Source of the DNA: a virus
DNA length: 64,000 nt
IMG/VR virus record: IMGVR_UViG_3300017598_000441
Span: 1 to 64,000 of that record
Reading direction: 5' to 3' (one strand)
Both the position numbers and the translations under genes were made by a program. Each line of letters begins with the position of its first letter. The first letter of the stretch is position 1. Below, piece after piece: positions 49,185 to 58,558 of the stretch. A model generated the notes under the pieces. It was given only the letters and a program-made list of their open reading frames with translations, was not told the DNA's origin and searched no databases.

Positions 49185-49727
49185 ATGAGTTTATACGAAG
49201 ATGTATTCAATATGCCAGAAAAACCTAAGAGGAAATCTGGAATAAACAGCCGAGTAAAAGGGAGCAAAAATGAGAATGCTTTATGTAAAAAGTTTTTGTT
49301 TCCTTGGACTGGGGAGAGGTTTGCAAAAACTCCCGCATCTGGAGGTTTAAAGTGGGCATCTGCATTTGCGAGTGGTGATGTTGTAAATTTAGATAGAGGA
49401 AAAGAATTTGAATTTTGTATAGAAACAAAACATTATGCAAAACTAGGTCTGAAATCTTACAACCTACATAAGAACTCAATAATTTATAAATTCTGGAGGC
49501 AAGCCAAAAGAGATGCAGATATAATAAAAAAGCATACTCTTTTGGCAGTTCGTCAAAACGGTATGAAATCTGGAACTTGGTACATATTCTTTGCTGAAAA
49601 CGTTAAAGAAAAACTAGGCATCAAACCTATATTTGAAGGAGAGGTAGATGAAGTAAAGATATACGGATTTGGTTCAGAAGAAATTTTAAACATAGACTAC
49701 GAAGCACTAATAAATAAATTAACATGA
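49185..49727 (+). CDS. Holliday junction resolvase (PD-(D/E)xK)
   Basis: NSRVKGSKNE, TPASGG, GD, IETK and FWRQA. Confidence 0.75.
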   Translation: MSLYEDVFNMPEKPKRKSGINSRVKGSKNENALCKKFLFPWTGERFAKTPASGGLKWASAFASGDVVNLDRGKEFEFCIETKHYAKLGLKSYNLHKNSIIYKFWRQAKRDADIIKKHTLLAVRQNGMKSGTWYIFFAENVKEKLGIKPIFEGEVDEVKIYGFGSEEILNIDYEALINKLT

Positions 49728-50056
49728 AAAACTACATTAACGAGAAGTACTCGAAAAACAAGGCCGCCTTTGTTGTGAAAGGTGAGGATAGAAAATTACA
49801 AAGAAGTATAATCCAGAACGGAGAACTTATCAAGTTCAAGGATTACTTCACTATTAAAGCAATTCTAAAATCGGAGTATATAGATTTTTATGGCGTATCT
49901 GCACAGGCTGTAGATTACATCTGTAAATCTGGAGCTATAGACTCCATAAAAATAGGTACTACTAGAGTTATTCTACTCACGAACAAAACCCGAGAGTATG
50001 TGCCTAATAGCAGCAAGAAAAGAACATCCACTATGAACTCTGTAGAGCGAGTGTAA
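49724..50056 (+). CDS. hypothetical protein, possibly DNA-binding
   Basis: 110-aa ORF; YGVSAQAVDY resembles an HTH turn. Confidence 0.6.
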   Translation: MKNYINEKYSKNKAAFVVKGEDRKLQRSIIQNGELIKFKDYFTIKAILKSEYIDFYGVSAQAVDYICKSGAIDSIKIGTTRVILLTNKTREYVPNSSKKRTSTMNSVERV

Positions 50057-50682
50057 TGATTATTATAGATTGCTTCGGAGATGGTTCTTGTAAGAACATC
50101 AAAGACACCCCCTCAGATATGGGTGTAGGAGTAGTAATATTCTACAAAGGCAAATTGATAACTCAAATAGCCAAACACGTAGGAAAAGGCACTTCTAACC
50201 TATCTGAGTGGGAAGCTTTGATACTTGCCCTAAGAACGGCAGTAAAATATGTACAAACCCACTTAAAAGACGAAATAGTTACTATTAACTACTATGCAGA
50301 TAGCAAGGTGGTGGTTAATATGTTTAACGGTCTATACTCAAATAAAAAGTTTAGGGCAGAATACAACAGGGCAAAATACTGGGAAGACAAACTTCAAAAG
50401 AATCACAGAATAGAAGTTAGTTGGATACCTAGAGAAGAAAACACACACGCAGACAAACTTTCCAAAATAGGTAATCCCTATTTCATACGAGAAAAAATGA
50501 CTTTTGAGGAGTATGCTATAAGACAGGCGTACATATTCTCAAAAAAAGCCACACCCCCAAACCTAGATACAGCAGAATACAGTTACTTACAAGGGCAGAT
50601 GGATTTAATGGAATCCCTAATTTCCAGTAAGGTTTTGACTAAAACTAAGGCAAAAGAATTAATCAAAAATTATACTAAATAA
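50056..50682 (+). CDS. ribonuclease HI-like protein
   Basis: DGSC, TSNLSEWEA, DSK and WIPREENTHADKLS. Confidence 0.88.
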   Translation: MIIIDCFGDGSCKNIKDTPSDMGVGVVIFYKGKLITQIAKHVGKGTSNLSEWEALILALRTAVKYVQTHLKDEIVTINYYADSKVVVNMFNGLYSNKKFRAEYNRAKYWEDKLQKNHRIEVSWIPREENTHADKLSKIGNPYFIREKMTFEEYAIRQAYIFSKKATPPNLDTAEYSYLQGQMDLMESLISSKVLTKTKAKELIKNYTK

Positions 50683-50715
50683 TTTTGGTATATATCAAAA
50701 CTTTATTTATCTTTA
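50683..50715 (+). promoter_or_regulatory. promoter (TAnnTTTA variant)
   Basis: TTTTGGTATATATCAAAA and TATCTTTA 50708-50715. Confidence 0.7.
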
Positions 50716-50742
50716 CGGCAGTAAAAAATCTTAAAACACACG

Positions 50743-51006
50743 ATGGAAAACACATTCAAAGGAATACGAGCTTCATATAACAACGAAATAGGAGAACCAA
50801 TAATATCTGGTCAGATAGTAGAAGTATATGGTAGGTTAGCACCTAGAGAGACACATGAAATCTATTTTGAACCTAATCATGGTTTTAGGGTTCAAGGAAA
50901 CAATCTATCAGATGCAATCATAACTAAGGTGGTGAAAGATGTACGACTGAAAGACAGAATAATAGGAAACCTACAGTTCTTAAAGTTTTCAATTCTAGGT
51001 AAGTAA
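50743..51006 (+). CDS. hypothetical protein
   Basis: 87-aa ORF after a promoter and the ACACAC motif. Confidence 0.65.
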   Translation: MENTFKGIRASYNNEIGEPIISGQIVEVYGRLAPRETHEIYFEPNHGFRVQGNNLSDAIITKVVKDVRLKDRIIGNLQFLKFSILGK

Positions 51007-51047
51007 GAACACAAGATTAGTAAAGTAAAAATCTTAAAACACACACG

Positions 51048-52526
51048 ATGGAAACAGAAATATTACCAACCTCAAAAGGTAGAGTATCTACCAAGAAACC
51101 TCCAACGGTATTATCATTCTTGGGAGACCAAGAAGATAAGTTTAAGGAAATATTAGACTTCATACATTTAGATGACCCTAAGGCAGGAAACATAGGCTTG
51201 TTACAAGGCCCCGCAGGGACAGGTAAAACCTACCTAGTGGGAGTATTAATACAAACCTTAAAAGACCAAAACTTCAAGAACATAGGAGTTTTAGCACCCA
51301 CAGGACAGGCTGTTAAAATCTGTAGGGAGAATGCAGTAGAGCAATCTGATACTATAAGATATGGGACTGTACATTCTGCATTCGCAGTAAGACCAAAAAA
51401 GGAGAGTGAAATACCTATTTTTGAGGTAGATAAAAATGGGACTCAGTGGGCTAGAGATTGCTCAATACTTTTTGTAGATGAGGTTTCCCAGATTGCAGAC
51501 GACTTATTTTTCCTCTTGGAAGATTATGCTACCCAGTTAGATAAAAAAGTAATTCTAATAGGAGATAGTTATCAAATACCTCCGATAGGGTTTGAATATT
51601 CAATACCTTTTACAAAAGCCGAGCAGAAAGAGTATGATATAAAAGTATTCGAGCTAAAAAAACCTATCCGACAAAAGGAGGGAAGTCCTATACTAGATAA
51701 TGCCGACCTAATCAGAAAATATATCAAATACCCAGAAATTTATTTACCCGAAGACAGAAAAAATAGATTTAACAGTAAAAGGGAAGGTATAGAATTTATC
51801 AAAGACAAGGGTTCGCATAAGGAACTTCTGAAAAAATGGTTTCTACATCCCGAGTACCAAAACAATAGATATTTTGTGAAAGTACTAGCATGGAGAAATG
51901 ATACCGTAGATAACTGGAACACCCAAGTAAGAAAAGTCTTATATGGAGACAATCCAGATAATATTGAAGATACCAGAAGCAAATCTATAAAACAGTTAGT
52001 AAAAGGTGAAAAACTGATTTCTAATAGTCCTGTAATAGAGAAAAATGATTTTGGGGATGATGCGGTAGTTTTTGGGTCAAACGAAGATTTAATGTTAGTA
52101 TCTTACATAGAGGATACCTACAAGGTGGATGAGGCAGGAAAATTTATCTTAGGGTACTATGATGCTATAGTAGAATACTTAGACCAAGATGGGATAGTAT
52201 GTACTTACACAATCAAGATTCTAAAAAATGAATCGAAAAAACTACACCAGAAAATACAGGATAAACTGGCTAAAATAGCAAAGGCAGAACCCAAAGGTAG
52301 CAATGGGGCTAGAGCAGGTTGGGCAGATTTCTGGGAGTTTGATGCAATATTTGCAGATGTGAATTATAACTATTGCCAAACTTGCCATAAAAGCCAAGGC
52401 AGTACTTATCTTAATTCTATAGTACTAGAGTGGGATATTTTACTGGGTAGGAAAGTTTTCGAGAGAAATAGAATCTTATATGTAGGAGCTTCCAGAGCAA
52501 AACAAAATTTAATCCAAATATACTAA
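51048..52526 (+). CDS. SF1B helicase (Dda/RecD-like)
   Basis: GPAGTGKT, APT, VDE, GDSYQIPPI, RQ, HKSQGST and YVGASR. Confidence 0.92.
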   Translation: METEILPTSKGRVSTKKPPTVLSFLGDQEDKFKEILDFIHLDDPKAGNIGLLQGPAGTGKTYLVGVLIQTLKDQNFKNIGVLAPTGQAVKICRENAVEQSDTIRYGTVHSAFAVRPKKESEIPIFEVDKNGTQWARDCSILFVDEVSQIADDLFFLLEDYATQLDKKVILIGDSYQIPPIGFEYSIPFTKAEQKEYDIKVFELKKPIRQKEGSPILDNADLIRKYIKYPEIYLPEDRKNRFNSKREGIEFIKDKGSHKELLKKWFLHPEYQNNRYFVKVLAWRNDTVDNWNTQVRKVLYGDNPDNIEDTRSKSIKQLVKGEKLISNSPVIEKNDFGDDAVVFGSNEDLMLVSYIEDTYKVDEAGKFILGYYDAIVEYLDQDGIVCTYTIKILKNESKKLHQKIQDKLAKIAKAEPKGSNGARAGWADFWEFDAIFADVNYNYCQTCHKSQGSTYLNSIVLEWDILLGRKVFERNRILYVGASRAKQNLIQIY

Positions 52527-52528
52527 AG

Positions 52529-52897
52529 ATGGGAGGAACTATATTAGATGGCTATATAGCCACCAAGAAAACAGAGGTGATGCAAAATACTTTTGGACAC
52601 CTATACCCAAAACCTCTAGAAGTATATGTAGGTACAGCCTTAGTAGTATATGACAGCTACGGAGGAATGACCTTAGTATTCGAGGAATTTAAAGACGGTG
52701 CAGGAAAAACTTTATGTGGGGCAGACATACTACCCTCAGACTTATTAGAGTATATTACACGCAGAGTAGATAAAAAGTACGAACAAACCCACGACCATAT
52801 ATACAGGTTTACAGGGACGTATAAAAAGTTTAAGAATGGTAATTTCCAATGCGGAGGTAAGATAACCAGAGTAAACCTAAACAAAATTTTGATATAA
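52529..52897 (+). CDS. hypothetical protein
   Basis: 122-aa ORF in operon. Confidence 0.65.
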   Translation: MGGTILDGYIATKKTEVMQNTFGHLYPKPLEVYVGTALVVYDSYGGMTLVFEEFKDGAGKTLCGADILPSDLLEYITRRVDKKYEQTHDHIYRFTGTYKKFKNGNFQCGGKITRVNLNKILI

Positions 52898-53235
52898 TGA
52901 CAAGAGAAGAATTAGTATCCGAAATGAAAAATGGAGTATCAGTATTCCATTTTATTAAAAAAGATGGAACCACCAGAAGAGCGGTAGGAACACTAAACCC
53001 TAAAATAATAGCAGGTTTTGAGGATTCCGTAAAACATAGGGAGCTGAAAACTAAGGTAGCAAGTGCTATCAGAAACTGTAGGGATGGATTGCATTCTGCA
53101 GAAGTAGGTCTACAGTCTTTGGAGGAGCCGACAATAGTAAGCAAAGAACGTAAACTCTACCCCAATACTCAAAATTACTATGATATTGAGAAACAGCTTT
53201 GGAGGATGTTTATAATTGAAAATTTGGTACAGTAG
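52897..53235 (+). CDS. DUF2693/WYL_2 Sm-like SH3 beta-barrel protein
   Basis: FHFIKKDGTTRRAVGTL...YYDIEKQLWRMF. Confidence 0.75.
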   Translation: MTREELVSEMKNGVSVFHFIKKDGTTRRAVGTLNPKIIAGFEDSVKHRELKTKVASAIRNCRDGLHSAEVGLQSLEEPTIVSKERKLYPNTQNYYDIEKQLWRMFIIENLVQ

Positions 53236-53266
53236 CAAGAAAAGCCGTACATTTGCGGCTTTTCTT
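53223..53266 (+). promoter_or_regulatory. promoter whose -7 box forms the loop of an 11-bp terminator-like hairpin
   Basis: TTTG 53223; AAGAAAAGCCG-TACATTTG-CGGCTTTTCTT 53237-53266. Confidence 0.65.
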
Positions 53267-53284
53267 AATTTAAAAACAATAAGG

Positions 53285-53863
53285 ATGAAGAAGTATTTAT
53301 TTATTACCCTATTCATTGCCCTAAGCAAAACAATACCCGCAGGACCTTGTGATACTCCTATACTGGAGGTAGCATTGCAAGATAAGGCTCCCGAGAAAAT
53401 ACCAGATGAGAAACTGCAGGAGTCTCAAACATTGCCAGAGGGTATTATAGAAATAATGAAACGCCACGAAGAGTTCAGTCCAGAAGTCATAATTCTGGAT
53501 AAACCTTATATAGGCTATGGGCATGAAGTTGAACTAGGTGCAGATAGGGTTACAGAGGAACAGGCAGACAGCCTACTAAGGGCAGACATTAGAATTAATA
53601 TGAATATCCTAGCAACCAAAAATCTAAGGAAATTCCATAAAAAACTGGAGCATAGGTACTTAATATTAGCCTCAGTCCTTGCTTATAATGTAGGTTGGGT
53701 AAATGTATATAAAAGTAAATTCCTAAAGAAAATAAACGAGGGATACTCAGATTCCGAAATACTAGAAGAATTTATAGGATTCCACTTCTGGAGAGGTAAA
53801 CCTCATGTAAAATTAAAAAGGAGGAGAGTGGAAGAGGCAGAAGCATGGTTAGAATTATATTGA
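53285..53863 (+). CDS. GH24 lysozyme-like protein with N-terminal signal sequence (putative endolysin)
   Basis: KRHE, IGYGH, TEEQADSLLRAD, AYNVG and LKRRRVEEA; hydrophobic N-terminus from ATG 53285. Confidence 0.8.
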   Translation: MKKYLFITLFIALSKTIPAGPCDTPILEVALQDKAPEKIPDEKLQESQTLPEGIIEIMKRHEEFSPEVIILDKPYIGYGHEVELGADRVTEEQADSLLRADIRINMNILATKNLRKFHKKLEHRYLILASVLAYNVGWVNVYKSKFLKKINEGYSDSEILEEFIGFHFWRGKPHVKLKRRRVEEAEAWLELY

Positions 53864-53878
53864 TTTATTGCAAAATAA

Positions 53879-53911
53879 TTTTGGTATAAATCAAAACCTT
53901 TTGTATCTTTA
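53879..53911 (+). promoter_or_regulatory. promoter (TAnnTTTA variant)
   Basis: TTTTGGTATAAATCAAAA and TATCTTTA 53904-53911. Confidence 0.7.
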
Positions 53912-53952
53912 CATTGTCAGTAAGACAAATACAAACCACTAAATTTTATACC

Positions 53953-54207
53953 ATGACAGAAGTAGAACTTAACGAAAAAGCTGAATTTAATAATGCTATC
54001 CAAATCATAAAAAGAGAAGAGGATAATAAAAATATACCAAATAAATTCGGTATGGAAAAGGTAGAGGCGATTTGCAGTACCTTTAGAGCAAACAATATAA
54101 ACTATTGTGTAACTATAAAAGAGCCTAACATCATAAGATATTCTTTTAAGAACAGATATTCAACTACTTCTGGGAGTATAAAATTAGTACAAAACCTTAA
54201 AAATTAA
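53953..54207 (+). CDS. hypothetical protein
   Basis: ATG 53953 downstream of the promoter. Confidence 0.6.
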   Translation: MTEVELNEKAEFNNAIQIIKREEDNKNIPNKFGMEKVEAICSTFRANNINYCVTIKEPNIIRYSFKNRYSTTSGSIKLVQNLKN

Positions 54208-54210
54208 GTT

Positions 54211-54414
54211 ATGATATTAAAACCCACCGCCTTTATTCAAGGGCATAGCTTTGATTTAAAAACCCGATTAGAAAACTATAAGAAATATAGGAAACCTAAA
54301 AGAGTGAAACCCTTGGACAGCTACACAGCTTTTATATGTTGCTATGGGGATTTGAGAGAAAATTATTTCAACCAAGAAAATTTAAAAAACACACACGATG
54401 GAATGGAGAATTAA
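54211..54414 (+). CDS. hypothetical protein
   Basis: 67-aa ORF in operon. Confidence 0.55.
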   Translation: MILKPTAFIQGHSFDLKTRLENYKKYRKPKRVKPLDSYTAFICCYGDLRENYFNQENLKNTHDGMEN

Positions 54415-56419
54415 AACCTTATCGAAGGAGTTGGACAAAATGAACCACGATTACTATGTGGTAGGAAATGGGCTATATTCAGATTACGAATATGACATGA
54501 AGTTAAAAGAATTGCAAAATCTGGAGGTGTTATACCCAGAATTTGCACTACCCACCTCACCTACGCAGAGAGTAGGTTCCGACAGAATATCTGGCTTTAC
54601 TTCTGTAAAGCATGAAACAAAAATGCTAAGTTTAGACAACTCTTATAACATAGAGGAAGTTGAAAAATGCCTAAAAAGAATAGCAGCCTCAACCGAGGCA
54701 GAGATAGGGTATGTAACCGAAATAAAAATAGATGGAGCATCTATAGAATTAGTTTACGAAGATGGAGTATTGACACAGGCAACTACCAGAGGAGATGGAG
54801 AGTTTGGAGACGATGTTACTGAAAACGTGAAAACTATCCGTTCAGTACCTTTAAAACTCAAAGGGGAGTATAAGCCTAGAATGACTTTCCGAGGTGAAAT
54901 TGTAATGCCTAAAAAGGTGCTTCTTGAAATAAACGCAAAAAGAACAGAGACAGGAGAAAAACTGTTTGCCAATGCGAGAAATGCAGCATCTGGAAGTCTA
55001 AAATCTCTGGAGCCAAAGGAGGTGGCAAAAAGAAAATTAGATTGTATCATATTTGAATCAATTTATGAATCTGAAAAAACAGTAGAGAACAGCCACCACT
55101 GGAGAATGTTGGAGGTTGAAAGCCTAGGATTTAAAACGATATTTACTGGGTTAGATATTCCTATGATGTTTACAAAAACCAATCACAAAAACATTGCAGG
55201 TATAAAAGCATTTATAGATGTCTGGGAGACCAGAAAAGATACTTTGCCGTACTTGGTGGATGGAATAGTAATAAAAGTAGATAGTATATCTTTAAGAGAG
55301 GTACTAGGTGCAGGAAGTAAATACCCTAACTGGGCATTTGCCTACAAGTATAAAGCAGAAGAAAAATCTACCTTACTCAAAGAAATTATCTATCAAGTAG
55401 GTACGTTTGGTTCAATAACTCCAGTAGGTAAGTTAGAAACAATAGTACTTTCAGATACTAACGTTTCTAATGTTATGATGAACAACCCAGACTGGATTGC
55501 TGATATGGATATTAGAGAGGGGGATTCTGTAATAGTAGAGAAGGGAGGCGAGATAATCCCTAAGATACTTAGGGTAGATTTGTCCAAAAGACTAGAAGGT
55601 GCAAAACCTATCAAGTTCATAACTCATTGCCCTTGTTGTGGAAGTGAACTCAGCAGAAAAACTACCATGAAAGGAGAGGATACAGCAAATATCTTCTGCC
55701 TCAACTCAGAAGGTTGTGCCGACCAAGTTATCGCCAAAATCAAACACCTAACCAGTAAAAAGGCTATGGATATTCAAGGACTGGGGGCAGCCACAGTTCG
55801 AGAATTATTTGAGAAAGGGTTAGTGAAAAGTCCTGTGGATGTTTACAGATTAACTTTGGAGGATTTGGAAGGAAATAAAATCAAAAACTCAAAGAATATT
55901 TACAACTCCATACAGAACTCCAAGAACTCAAAGTTCTACAGAGTAATATACTCTTTAGGCATACCGACTGTAGGCACAACTACATCAAAATTTTTAGCTG
56001 AAAGACTTGAAAATCTGGAACAACTAAAAGATGCAAGTTACCTAGACTTGAAAGAATTAGGTTTATCGGAGGGGGTTCGAGAAGAGATACATTCATACAG
56101 AGGAGAATACCTAAATGGTATTATGGAATATTTCTGTGAAAATGGATTCAATACCAATAAGGAGGAAGCTTCTGAAAAAACATCTAGTAAACTGGTGGGT
56201 AAAAACGTCATAATTTCTGGAAATTTTGGAGATGCCTCTAGAAGAAAATACTTGGAGTCTCTTATAATTGAGCACGGAGGTAAAAAACAGTCCTCAGTAA
56301 GCAAAAAGACTTCATTTGTGGTTGAGGGTGAAAAAATGGGTTGGAGTAAGAAGGAAAAAGCTATAAAACTAGGAATACCCCTAATAACGGAGGAAGATTA
56401 CTTAAAAATGTTAGACTAA
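54398..56419 (+). CDS. ligA: NAD-dependent DNA ligase
   Basis: SPTQRVG, MLSLDN, KIDG, TRGDG, NARNAASGSL, GEIIP, Zn finger and BRCT. Confidence 0.96.
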   Translation: MEWRIKTLSKELDKMNHDYYVVGNGLYSDYEYDMKLKELQNLEVLYPEFALPTSPTQRVGSDRISGFTSVKHETKMLSLDNSYNIEEVEKCLKRIAASTEAEIGYVTEIKIDGASIELVYEDGVLTQATTRGDGEFGDDVTENVKTIRSVPLKLKGEYKPRMTFRGEIVMPKKVLLEINAKRTETGEKLFANARNAASGSLKSLEPKEVAKRKLDCIIFESIYESEKTVENSHHWRMLEVESLGFKTIFTGLDIPMMFTKTNHKNIAGIKAFIDVWETRKDTLPYLVDGIVIKVDSISLREVLGAGSKYPNWAFAYKYKAEEKSTLLKEIIYQVGTFGSITPVGKLETIVLSDTNVSNVMMNNPDWIADMDIREGDSVIVEKGGEIIPKILRVDLSKRLEGAKPIKFITHCPCCGSELSRKTTMKGEDTANIFCLNSEGCADQVIAKIKHLTSKKAMDIQGLGAATVRELFEKGLVKSPVDVYRLTLEDLEGNKIKNSKNIYNSIQNSKNSKFYRVIYSLGIPTVGTTTSKFLAERLENLEQLKDASYLDLKELGLSEGVREEIHSYRGEYLNGIMEYFCENGFNTNKEEASEKTSSKLVGKNVIISGNFGDASRRKYLESLIIEHGGKKQSSVSKKTSFVVEGEKMGWSKKEKAIKLGIPLITEEDYLKMLD

Positions 56420-57309
56420 TGAAAACTAAATTCAGAGAATTAAAACTCAGCAAAAAGAATATAGCGAAACTGGAGTTAATAAACTCTATTATTCAGCAAT
56501 ACAGAGATGAGGGGTATAGAATGACCCTAAGACAGTTGTACTACCAGTTAGTTTCTAGGGATGTAATACCCAATGAGAAAACTGAATATGCTAAAATTTC
56601 CAAACTACTGAAAGAAGGTAGGATGGCAGGAATAGTGGACTGGGAGGCTATAGAAGATAGGCTCAGAGTTCCTTACTTACCCTACTGGAACATAGACCCA
56701 AAAGAGGCTATTGAGGATACTGTAAAACAGTATAGATTAAATAGGCAGAGAGGGCAAGAAACTTATGTCGAAGTCTGGGTAGAGAAAGATGCACTTAGTG
56801 GAGTGCTAAAGAAAGTGACCTCAAAGTACCATGTAAAACTATTGGTAAATAGAGGCTACGGCTCAGTTACTGCTATACACGATGCTTATAAGAGATATTC
56901 TGTAGAGATTGAGCACGGTAGGAATATTGTCTTACTGTATCTGGGAGACCATGACCCGTCTGGTATGGATATGATAAGAGATATTAATAGTCGTATAGGA
57001 GAGATGTTAGAAGTACAAGGTATGTATGGGAGCCTAGAGGTAAGACCTATAGCCTTGACTATGGGGCAAATAAGAAAATACAACCCTCCAGAAAATCCTG
57101 CAAAACTGACTGACCCTAGAGCAAAGTGGTATATTGAAAAGTTCGGATATAAGTCGTGGGAGTTGGATGCCTTAGAGCCGAAAGTGTTGAACAACTTAGT
57201 ATCCTCAGAAATCGAAAAATCTATTAATATGGATATATTTAGGGGTAGATTGCAGCAGGAGGAGGAAGACAAAAAGAAATTAAGGGAATTGACTAAAAAC
57301 TTTAGATAA
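56419..57309 (+). CDS. topoisomerase VI-A/Spo11-like wHTH-TOPRIM protein
   Basis: TLRQLYYQLV, VEVWVEKDAL, GDHDPSG and WELDAL. Confidence 0.75.
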   Translation: MKTKFRELKLSKKNIAKLELINSIIQQYRDEGYRMTLRQLYYQLVSRDVIPNEKTEYAKISKLLKEGRMAGIVDWEAIEDRLRVPYLPYWNIDPKEAIEDTVKQYRLNRQRGQETYVEVWVEKDALSGVLKKVTSKYHVKLLVNRGYGSVTAIHDAYKRYSVEIEHGRNIVLLYLGDHDPSGMDMIRDINSRIGEMLEVQGMYGSLEVRPIALTMGQIRKYNPPENPAKLTDPRAKWYIEKFGYKSWELDALEPKVLNNLVSSEIEKSINMDIFRGRLQQEEEDKKKLRELTKNFR

Positions 57310-57479
57310 TGAATAGTTGGACAAATTTCAAGTATTTTATATTCAGAATATTCAATACTACCTACGGACTGACTGGGGAGAATGCACCTAAAAACCCAGA
57401 ATTAGGCAAGGAATACACAAGTAGATACAGTATTACTTACAGGTATGTAGGTAATGACAGGTATTTCATGGTAGTCTAA
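57309..57479 (+). CDS. small hypothetical protein (56 aa, not in ORF track)
   Basis: ATG overlaps the upstream TAA; ends at TAA 57479 just before a promoter. Confidence 0.55.
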   Translation: MNSWTNFKYFIFRIFNTTYGLTGENAPKNPELGKEYTSRYSITYRYVGNDRYFMVV

Positions 57480-57486
57480 AAATAAA

Positions 57487-57518
57487 TTTGGTACTTAACA
57501 AAATTTTTATTATCTTTA
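57487..57518 (+). promoter_or_regulatory. promoter (TAnnTTTA variant)
   Basis: TTTGG 57487 and TATCTTTA 57511-57518. Confidence 0.7.
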
Positions 57519-57549
57519 CATCAAAGAAATATAAACAAAAACACACACA

Positions 57550-57885
57550 ATGCAAATAGGTAAATTAAAAGGTCGAACAGTCCAGTTCGGGAAAAGCAAA
57601 GGACAACCTTGCTACAGAAACCCTAAAGCCTTCCAGAAAAAAACAAATGAAATCTGCTACATACCCAAACATGGTATGGAGACGACATCTGGAGGAGATT
57701 TAGACAATGCGAGCATAATCTTTAAATATCAAGATATGCTAAGAATGTCCAGAGGGTATGTATTAAGGAACAACCTAGCAGACTCTTATGAGGACGTGGC
57801 TAAAACCTTATTCAACGAATGCCACGGAATGCTGCCGAGTACAATCTTAGAGAATTGGGAGATGGACTTACAGTATCCCAGTTAA
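57550..57885 (+). CDS. hypothetical protein
   Basis: 111-aa ORF after a promoter and the ACACAC motif. Confidence 0.7.
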   Translation: MQIGKLKGRTVQFGKSKGQPCYRNPKAFQKKTNEICYIPKHGMETTSGGDLDNASIIFKYQDMLRMSRGYVLRNNLADSYEDVAKTLFNECHGMLPSTILENWEMDLQYPS

Positions 57886-57918
57886 ATTTTGAACTAAGGC
57901 AAAATTTCTGTTAAAAAC

Positions 57919-57951
57919 TTTTGGCAAAACCAAAAAATTTATTTATATTTA
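57919..57951 (+). promoter_or_regulatory. promoter (TAnnTTTA variant)
   Basis: TTTTGG 57919 and TATATTTA 57944-57951. Confidence 0.55.
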
Positions 57952-58001
57952 CAATCTCAAAACAATAGTAATTTTAGTATTAACCACAAAAATCAAATTC
58001 C

Positions 58002-58484
58002 ATGAAAAGAATGATTTCGCTATTTACACTAGCATTTCTTATGATTGCGTTAGCATACGCAGGTCCTCCAGAAGGGGAGAATGACCCAGTAAACAAAACC
58101 TTAACAGAACTAGGACTGGACGAAGTAGATAAGAGTATTGAAGTTCTAACTTTTATTGTTACACCGAACAGCGTTGCTCAGAATGAATTTGCTGCGGTTG
58201 TACACTCCACAGAGGAGACACTTCAAAGTACTATTATTTGCAGGAAAAGGGAGACATATTTTGAAGACCCGTATTTTGATAACGACAAGCTTTTTTACAG
58301 AACTGGAGTAGGATTAACAGACAAATTATATTACCTACCTAATTGTAAAAACAGAAAGCTAAGCAACACTCTATTTTTTGGTGTTAGTTCGGGAGGTCTA
58401 TCTGGTTTGTGTAACCTAACTCAGAATACCTTTTATAAAAACTTATTAAGTAACGGAAATGGCAGCGGTGGTTTATCTCACTAA
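58002..58484 (+). CDS. secreted hypothetical protein
   Basis: Signal peptide MKRMISLFTLAFLMIALAYA; repeated SGGLS near the C-terminus. Confidence 0.7.
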   Translation: MKRMISLFTLAFLMIALAYAGPPEGENDPVNKTLTELGLDEVDKSIEVLTFIVTPNSVAQNEFAAVVHSTEETLQSTIICRKRETYFEDPYFDNDKLFYRTGVGLTDKLYYLPNCKNRKLSNTLFFGVSSGGLSGLCNLTQNTFYKNLLSNGNGSGGLSH

Positions 58485-58507
58485 CCTACAAAGTGCCTAG
58501 ACAAAAC

Positions 58508-58539
58508 AAACCCTAATCAAATGATTAGGGTTTTTTATT
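58508..58539 (+). terminator. intrinsic terminator
   Basis: AAACCCTAATCA-AA-TGATTAGGGTTTTTT. Confidence 0.85.
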
Positions 58540-58558
58540 ACCAACTAAAAAGAATAAA

